This document shows, piece after piece, positions 58,578-64,000 of a stretch of 64,000 nucleotides of DNA. The notes under the pieces were generated by a model. That model saw only the letters and a list, made by a program, of their open reading frames with translations, ran no database searches and was not told the origin of the DNA. How positions within the stretch are numbered: the first letter of the stretch is position 1; the number at the start of each line of letters is the position of its first letter. The stretch covers positions 142,767 through 206,766 of the forward strand of contig CAVQPX010000004.1 of assembly GCA_963714835.1 (NCBI GenBank). The letters run 5' to 3'. The position numbers were made by a program, and so were the translations under genes. Origin of the DNA: an uncultured Chloroflexia bacterium (GTDB taxonomy: Bacteria; Chloroflexota; Limnocylindria; Limnocylindrales; CSP1-4).

Positions 58578-58748
58578 CTAGACGCTGTTGCCGACCGTGC
58601 TGAGGATCGGGCTGATCTGCCCACCGAGGAAGATGAGCGCGACGATCGCGACGATCGCGATGAGGGCGAGGATCAGCGCGTACTCGGCGAGACCCTGGCC
58701 TTCCTCGTCCCGGCGGAACGAGGCGAGGATGGAGTTGATAAGAGCCAT
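58578..58748 (-). CDS. flp: Flp family type IVb pilin (56 aa from ATG 58748)
   Basis: MALINSILASFRRDEEGQGLAEYALILALIAIVAIVALIFLGGQISPILSTVGNSV, with SD GGGAGG. Part of ORF 58578..58799. Confidence 0.85.
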   Translation of the reverse strand: MALINSILASFRRDEEGQGLAEYALILALIAIVAIVALIFLGGQISPILSTVGNSV

Positions 58749-58881
58749 GCGAGGAGCCTCCCTTTGAGATAAGAGCTTGCCCTGAGGATGATTTGCCAAG
58801 GGCTGCAGTCACGATACGGCCGACGTGACACCCGCACCACTAGCGAGATGGTCCGGGGCAGGCACCGGGACCTCCCCGCCG

Positions 58882-60000
58882 TCAGGCCGCCGGCAGGTCC
58901 AGGACGAGGCGGAGGTCGCCGCCGGAATCCAGCAGCTCCGCGACGATCCCCACGGTGGTCGCGCGACCCTTGATCTCGCGCCACGTCGCGTCGGGGAGCG
59001 CCACGATGGCGGCGCGGCGCGCAGCCTCCGCGACATCGCGCTCCGCACTCCGACGCTCTTCCAGCATCGCGGCCAGTGCCGGAGGAAGGTCGGCGTCCGT
59101 CTCCTCGGGGACGCCTTCGGCTGCGTCGCCCGCACCGGCGCCCCCTGTCGACGCCGCCCGCACCGCGCGAACGCGGACCTCCATCCGATCTCCCCAGTCG
59201 AGCCGGACGGCGACCCCTTCGGGTCCCTGGGCGAGGAATGCCACCAGGGCCAGGTCGATGATCCGGAAGAGCGCGCTCTCGAGTTCCGGCGGGAGCCGAC
59301 GGTCCGTTCCCATCGATTCGAAGGCGACCGGGACCCCCGACCGCTTGCCCCGATCGCGTGTCGCACGGCGGATCGTGGGCACGAGCCCCAGGTCGTCGAG
59401 GACCATGGGCCGGACGTCGAAGATGAACGACTTCGTGGCGTCGAGCGTCTGCTGGACCATCTCGACGAGGAGCTCCACCTCGTCCGCGGCGGACGTCGGG
59501 TCCTTCTCGACGAGCCGCTTCAGGATGTTCGCCTGGAGGATGATGTTCGTCAGGCTCTGGGCCGGGCCGTCGTGCATGGCGCGCGCGATCTCGCGACGGA
59601 GATCCTCCTGGGCGCCGAGGACCAGGCCGGCCAGTTCCGGGTGCGCCTCCGGACCCTCACCCTCGGCATCCGCATCCGAGGCGACAGCCGCCGGTGGTGC
59701 GACGTAGCTCACCAGGGCGTCGCGGAACCGGCCCATCGTCTTGCGCTTGCCCTCGAGGACCTCCACCTGGCTCGTCATCAGGACGGCGCGGCGGGTGAGC
59801 CCCACGACCTGCTCGGTCAGCGCGACACGCTCTTCGGGCGGAGCCGACGCGGCGCGGTCGGACGCGGCCGCGCGCTTCTGCTCGTGCCGCTCGGCCTCGG
59901 TCCGGGCCTGGGCGATGAGCAGGTCGATCTCCGCGATCTCCTGCTCGACCGTCGCGAGGTCCGCGGCAAGGCGGGCGGCCAGGTCGGTGGCCGGAGACAC
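58882..60000 (-). CDS. cytoplasmic DegS-like histidine kinase homologue (coiled coil + HisKA_3 H-box) with degenerate ATPase domain
   Basis: No TM segment. It has a long N-terminal helical region and the H-box REIARAMHDGPAQSL. I could not find N-box or G1/G2-box residues; the region reads DLALVAFLAQG...VRAVRAAS. Confidence 0.7.
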   Translation of the reverse strand: MSPATDLAARLAADLATVEQEIAEIDLLIAQARTEAERHEQKRAAASDRAASAPPEERVALTEQVVGLTRRAVLMTSQVEVLEGKRKTMGRFRDALVSYVAPPAAVASDADAEGEGPEAHPELAGLVLGAQEDLRREIARAMHDGPAQSLTNIILQANILKRLVEKDPTSAADEVELLVEMVQQTLDATKSFIFDVRPMVLDDLGLVPTIRRATRDRGKRSGVPVAFESMGTDRRLPPELESALFRIIDLALVAFLAQGPEGVAVRLDWGDRMEVRVRAVRAASTGGAGAGDAAEGVPEETDADLPPALAAMLEERRSAERDVAEAARRAAIVALPDATWREIKGRATTVGIVAELLDSGGDLRLVLDLPAA

Positions 60001-60008
60001 GGCCTGGG

Positions 60009-60755
60009 TCAGTCCTCCGGCATCCGGATCCAGCCCTGGCGCATCGCGTACACCACGGCCTGGGTCCGGTCGTTGACGGAGAGCTTGCGCAGGATCGAAC
60101 TCATGTGGTTCTTGACCGTCTGCTCGCTGATCGACAGCGCGTAGGCGACCTGCTTGTTCGTCATGCCCTGGGCGATGTTGTCGAGGATCTCGACCTCGCG
60201 CGGCGACAGCGGCGCGAAGATCGGGGCCGCTTCCTGGCCGTAGACGGCCAGCTCGCGGAACTCCTTGAGGACGCGCGACGCGACGGCCGGCTTCGAGAAG
60301 ACCTTGTCGTTGATGAGGTACTCGCCGGCGACGACGCGGCGCATCACGGTGACGAGGTCGTCCGGGCCGATGTCCTTGAGCAGGAAGGCCGCGGCACCCG
60401 CCTTGATCGCGTCGAACAGCGCGTCCTCGTCCTCGGCGACCGCCAGGACGACGATCGCGGTGGACGGCAGCTCACGCTTGAGGCGCTGGGTCGTCTCGAT
60501 GCCACCGGGGGCCGGCAGCGACAGGTCCATCAGGATGACGTCGGGCGACGTCTCGATCGCGCGATCCATCGCGGTCCGGCTGTCGTTCGCCTCGCCGACG
60601 ATCTCGAAGTCCGGTTCGCGGCCGAGGATATTCGAGATCCCCACGCGGAAGAGGGCGTGGTCGTCGACGATCAGCACCTTCGTGACGTGGTCGGGATCGC
60701 GGCGATCGGGTCCGCCCCGCCGCCGATCCTGTCCGCTGTAGTCGTTGTCGCTCAT
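60009..60755 (-). CDS. LuxR/NarL-family response regulator
   Basis: ATG 60755 follows AGGAG. REC: VLIVDDHALFR...VILMDLSLP. HTH: LSPREVEILDNIAQGMTNKQVAYALSISEQTVKNHMSSILRKL. Confidence 0.9.
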   Translation of the reverse strand: MSDNDYSGQDRRRGGPDRRDPDHVTKVLIVDDHALFRVGISNILGREPDFEIVGEANDSRTAMDRAIETSPDVILMDLSLPAPGGIETTQRLKRELPSTAIVVLAVAEDEDALFDAIKAGAAAFLLKDIGPDDLVTVMRRVVAGEYLINDKVFSKPAVASRVLKEFRELAVYGQEAAPIFAPLSPREVEILDNIAQGMTNKQVAYALSISEQTVKNHMSSILRKLSVNDRTQAVVYAMRQGWIRMPED

Positions 60756-61452
60756 GCGGTCTCCTTTGCTCCCATCGGGATGGTGAGCCGGATGACGGTC
60801 CCGCCGTCCGGCTGTGATCGTACTTCGAATGCGGCCGAGATCAGCTCGGCCCGTTCGCGCATGAACTGGAGCCCGAAGCTCCGGCGTCCACGCGCACCTG
60901 CTGCGTCCGAATCGAACCCCGACCATCGTCCCGCACCTCCAGGATCCAATCGCCGGCTTCCTCGCGGGTCGCCACGATGGCGGCCGAGGCACCGGCGTGC
61001 TTGCGGACATTCTGCAGGGCCTCTTGTACCACGCGCAGGACGACCGTCTGCTCGGCCTCCTCCAGGTGGGCCGGGTCCGCCTTCAGGTCGGCGACGATCG
61101 GCAGCTGGGCCATCCCCGTGACGTGCTCGGCCGCATCGCGGACCGCTCCGTTGAGACCCAGCTCTGCGATCACCTTCGGACGCAGCTGGCTGATGTAGCT
61201 GCGCACGTCGTCCAGTTCGCGGTGCATGAACTTGCGCAGGGCTTTCAGCTCCACCCGGGCCAGCTCCGGATCCTTGTCGAGCGCGCGCTCGACAAGCTCC
61301 ACCTGGAAGATCGCGTTCGAGAGCGCCTGGGCCGGCCCGTCGTGGATCTCCTGGGCGAGACGCGCGCGCTCGGCTTCCTGCGCTTCGAGCAGGCGGGCCT
61401 GGCGCGCGGCATGCGCTTCGGGGTTCGGGGCGGCAGGATCGGTCACGGACAT
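60752..61452 (-). pseudogene. small sensorless HisKA_3/HATPase_c histidine kinase, frame break in a G-run near 60925
   Basis: H-box EIHDGPAQAL, N-box QEALQNVRKHAGA and G1 VRDDGRG are in ORF 60841..63870. The motif (F)DS...GLQFMRERAE is in ORF 60752..60949. The stop overlaps the response-regulator start (ATGA). Confidence 0.85.
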
Positions 61453-63099
61453 TCGATCCGGAAGATGCGGACGTCGCGCAGGAGGGTCATCTCGTTGGGC
61501 GTCAGCGTACCCGGCGGGGGCGCGATGGGCTCGGGGATGAAGCACTCGCTGCCCGGCCCCTCGGCGGCGGCGGCCGGCCACCGAACCTGCGTCGTCTCGT
61601 CGTCGTCGCCCAGGACGATCACGCGATGGGTCCCGGGGAACGTCCGGGCCAGGTCCAGGACGTCGGCCGCGGGTTCGTTCGGGAGCGCGAGCGCCTGCGC
61701 GTTGGTCGCATCGGCCAGCCAGATCGGGAAGTCGGTGATGATCGGACCGTCGCTGCCGGGTGCCGCACCGATCGCGCTGAGGTAGCGGTCGAGGGCCGCG
61801 TACTGCGCCGCGGTCCCGCTCGAGCCCGCCCCGAAGGACGGAAGCAGCGCGAGCGTGAACAGGAGCCCGCCGAAGATCGCCAGCGTGGATCCCAGCCACG
61901 CGACCGGCCGGTGCCAGCCCATCCGGGCGGCGAGACGGGCCATCGTGCCGTCCAGCAGCAGGAGGCACGCGATCACGACGAGGACGTGGATGGCGCCGGC
62001 CGCGTGAAGGAAGGTGCCCCACGTCGTGGCGACCGGGAAGACGAGGCTGTCCACGAGGAACGTCGCGACGGCGAACGCCACGAGGGGCCGCAGCGCGCGA
62101 GCGCGGCCGGCCCACGGGAGGGCGGCGAGGCCGATCGGCGCGATCGGGATCCCGAGCAGCAGCAGGACGTTGACAAGGTTGTGGAGCGTGCCCTCGACGC
62201 GCATCTCGAGCAGGCGCTCCGGGCCCACGGCGAGGTAGCGCGCGACGGTGGGCGGATCGTTCCACGCGAAGATGTCGTGGCCCACGACCGACAGCGCGTT
62301 GGCTGCCGCCTGGCCCGGGAAGCGGGCTGCCGAAGACGACCCAGTCGCGATACGCCCACGGGACGAAGACGATCAGCGCGACGATCGCCGCACCGGCGAT
62401 GAGCCGGACCCGCTCGGCGACCGAGGCGCGGGCCATGAACCAGGCGACGCCCACCCAGACGAGCGCCAGCACCGCGACCTCGTTCCGCGTCAGCGCGCCG
62501 AGGCCGAGCACAAGTCCGAGTGCGATGAGCCGTGGATCCGTGAGGCGGGCGCCGCGCGGATCGCGGGCGATCCTCGTCATCAGCAGGGCGGCCGCGAGCG
62601 CGATCACGGCGAACGGCGCCGTGGAATCGGGGAGTGCCCCATACAGGACGAGCGGCAGGTACACGGCGGTCGCGAGGCCCGTGCCCAGCGCGAGCGTGCG
62701 GGCACGACCCGTCGGCAGCCCGCGTTCCTCGGCGACATCGGCGGCGAGCCGCCAGGCGAGGACGGGGACGAGCGATGCCACGAGCACGGACGACACCTGC
62801 GCGGCCGCGAACGTCGTCCCGAGGATCGCCATCGTCACGGCGGCGAGGAACGTCGGGAGCGGCAGCCAGACCTCGAATGCCGGTCGCGGGAACACGAGCG
62901 GCGGGGTCTGATAGCTCCACAGCGAATCGCTCACGAGGCCCCGGCCCTCGAGGAGGTTGCGTGCGACGTGGACGTAGTAGGCCGTGTCCTCCGGTTTCGG
63001 GAACACGATCTGGGTCGCCATCGCCGCGCGCACGATGGCTGCGACGACGAAGACGAGGGCGATCGACAGGAGCATCTCGCGGCGGCTCAAGGGGCGCAC
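61443..63099 (-). pseudogene. ArnT/PMT-like GT-C membrane glycosyltransferase (paralogue 2), frame break near 62300
   Basis: From GTG 63099: ...FPKPEDTAYYVHVARNLLEGRGL... with many TM helices. It continues in ORF 61443..62285. The C-terminal soluble domain ends RIFRIECP. Confidence 0.7.
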
Positions 63100-64000
63100 C
63101 TCGATGTCGGCGGGCTCAAGGCACACCGGGTACACGCCCACCCGGACGTCACCGGACGCGTCGTGGGTCATGCGCAGGAGCGGCGGACCCACCCACGCCG
63201 GCCGCGCGTCATCGAGCAGGATCGGCGCCACGGCCGCGACCGCGTCGTCGCGTTCGATGACCAGCCAGCGGATGTCGTACGCCGCGGCGACATCGCGGAT
63301 CGTCTCGATCGGGTCGTTGACGAGGACCACGCCGCCGCGCCCGGTCCAGTAGCGGTAGCCGGCGGCATCGATCGTCATCAGGCGGTCCGTCGACGGGACT
63401 TCGGCCGTGTCGAGCGCCGCTGCGACCGCCATCCGCTCCTCGCGCTTCGCCGACCAGGTCCCGTGGACCGTGAGGCTCCCGGCGACGGTCATGATCGCCG
63501 CGAAGGCCACCGCCGCGCCGACGAACAGCCGCTCGGCGCTCTCCGGACGCCACGTCGGGCGGCGTCGTGCGATCCAGGCAACGCCCACGACGATGCCTTC
63601 GAGCGCGAGGATGTAGCTGTGCGGGATCAGCGCCACCGCGGAGTGCAGGAACGTGCCGCCCGGGACGTGGACCGCCGACACGAGCGTCGAGAACGCGAAC
63701 AGCAGGAACACGTAGACGAAGAACGGACCGAAGTCACGCGACCGGCGGCGGGCCCAGGCCCCGATGAGCATGAACGGCGCGAGGACGATGCCCGCCGCGA
63801 CGACCGCGAAGATCGTGACGGCGGCGGTCAGTCCGGCCACTCGCGTCGCCAGGAGCGGACCCGCGCCCATCGCGAGGAGGCGGTCCAGCGTCGCCGGCGT
63901 CGTCGATGCTGTTCCACTCCGCGATCGAGCGGATGTAGAGGACCTTGCCCGACGCGGTGGACGGCGAGAGCGTCCCGAACGTCGCGATCTGCCGGGCGTA
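63100..64000 (-). pseudogene. ArnT/PMT-like GT-C membrane protein (paralogue 1), 3' part; continues past the right edge; frame break near 63900
   Basis: It has TM-rich sequence plus a C-terminal soluble domain (..YDIRWLVIERDD..VGVYPVC) parallel to paralogue 2. There is no stop codon separating it from paralogue 2 in the assembled frame. Confidence 0.55.

Noticed and set aside
58765-58790. GAGATAAGAGC upstream of flp copy 1, which matches 11 nt of the MITE-like element terminus (GAGAGATAAGAGCGTGG).
   Set aside because: The match does not extend beyond 11 nt, and the other element hallmarks (GCRCCA, GGGGAC..TCGCGAC) are absent. The same CTCTTATC string also occurs inside the flp coding sequence, so chance is likely.

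Overview
Very GC-rich bacterial chromosomal window. Third codon positions are almost always G/C, so long spurious antisense ORFs are common. Gene order matches the Actinobacteria/Chloroflexi/Firmicutes pattern rpmE-prfA-prmC-tsaC-glyA-wecA-atp operon-murA-mreB.

Layout:
- 1-15.0 kb, minus strand: GNAT (partial), prfB, an 8-Cys mini-ORF, DUF218, secA, a small TM protein, prs, gyrA, an AlkD-like protein, a thioesterase, gyrB, parB, parA. A consensus parS lies in the parA/mreD divergent gap at 15.1 kb, where gene orientation flips.
- 15.3-44.6 kb, mostly plus strand: mreD-mrdA-rodA, a CBS protein plus ArsB/NhaD permease, a J-domain protein and AI-2E transporter (both minus), DUF2344, rplU-rpmA, rpmE, DUF1385-prfA-prmC-HAD-tsaC-glyA-wecA-like, atpZ-atpBEFHAGDC, murA, mreB, PHP, a flippase-like protein.
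- 44.6-50 kb, repeat-rich and accessory-looking: an XRE regulator, an ArnT-like GT-C protein, endonuclease IV and DUF2087. It also holds two inverted copies of a ~240-bp palindromic MITE-like element that bracket GT-C+nfo, plus many 9-26-bp minisatellites.
- 50-64 kb, minus strand: hpf-comF-DUF192, then a monoderm-type Tad/Flp pilus locus (tadC, tadB, cpaF, REC-cpaE, cpaB, two tandem flp genes). Upstream of it lie a DegS-like degenerate kinase, a LuxR response regulator, a sensorless kinase and two tandem ArnT-like GT-C proteins.

Caveat: at least 17 conserved genes, including essential ones (prfB, secA, mrdA, glyA, murA, atpC), carry unprogrammed frame breaks. The conserved protein sequence simply continues in another frame. 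This looks like assembly or base-calling indels rather than gene decay, so boundaries of these genes are approximate.

I saw no rRNA, tRNA, CRISPR array, transposase or integrase. All coordinates outside the supplied ORF track were counted by eye and may be off by a few nt.
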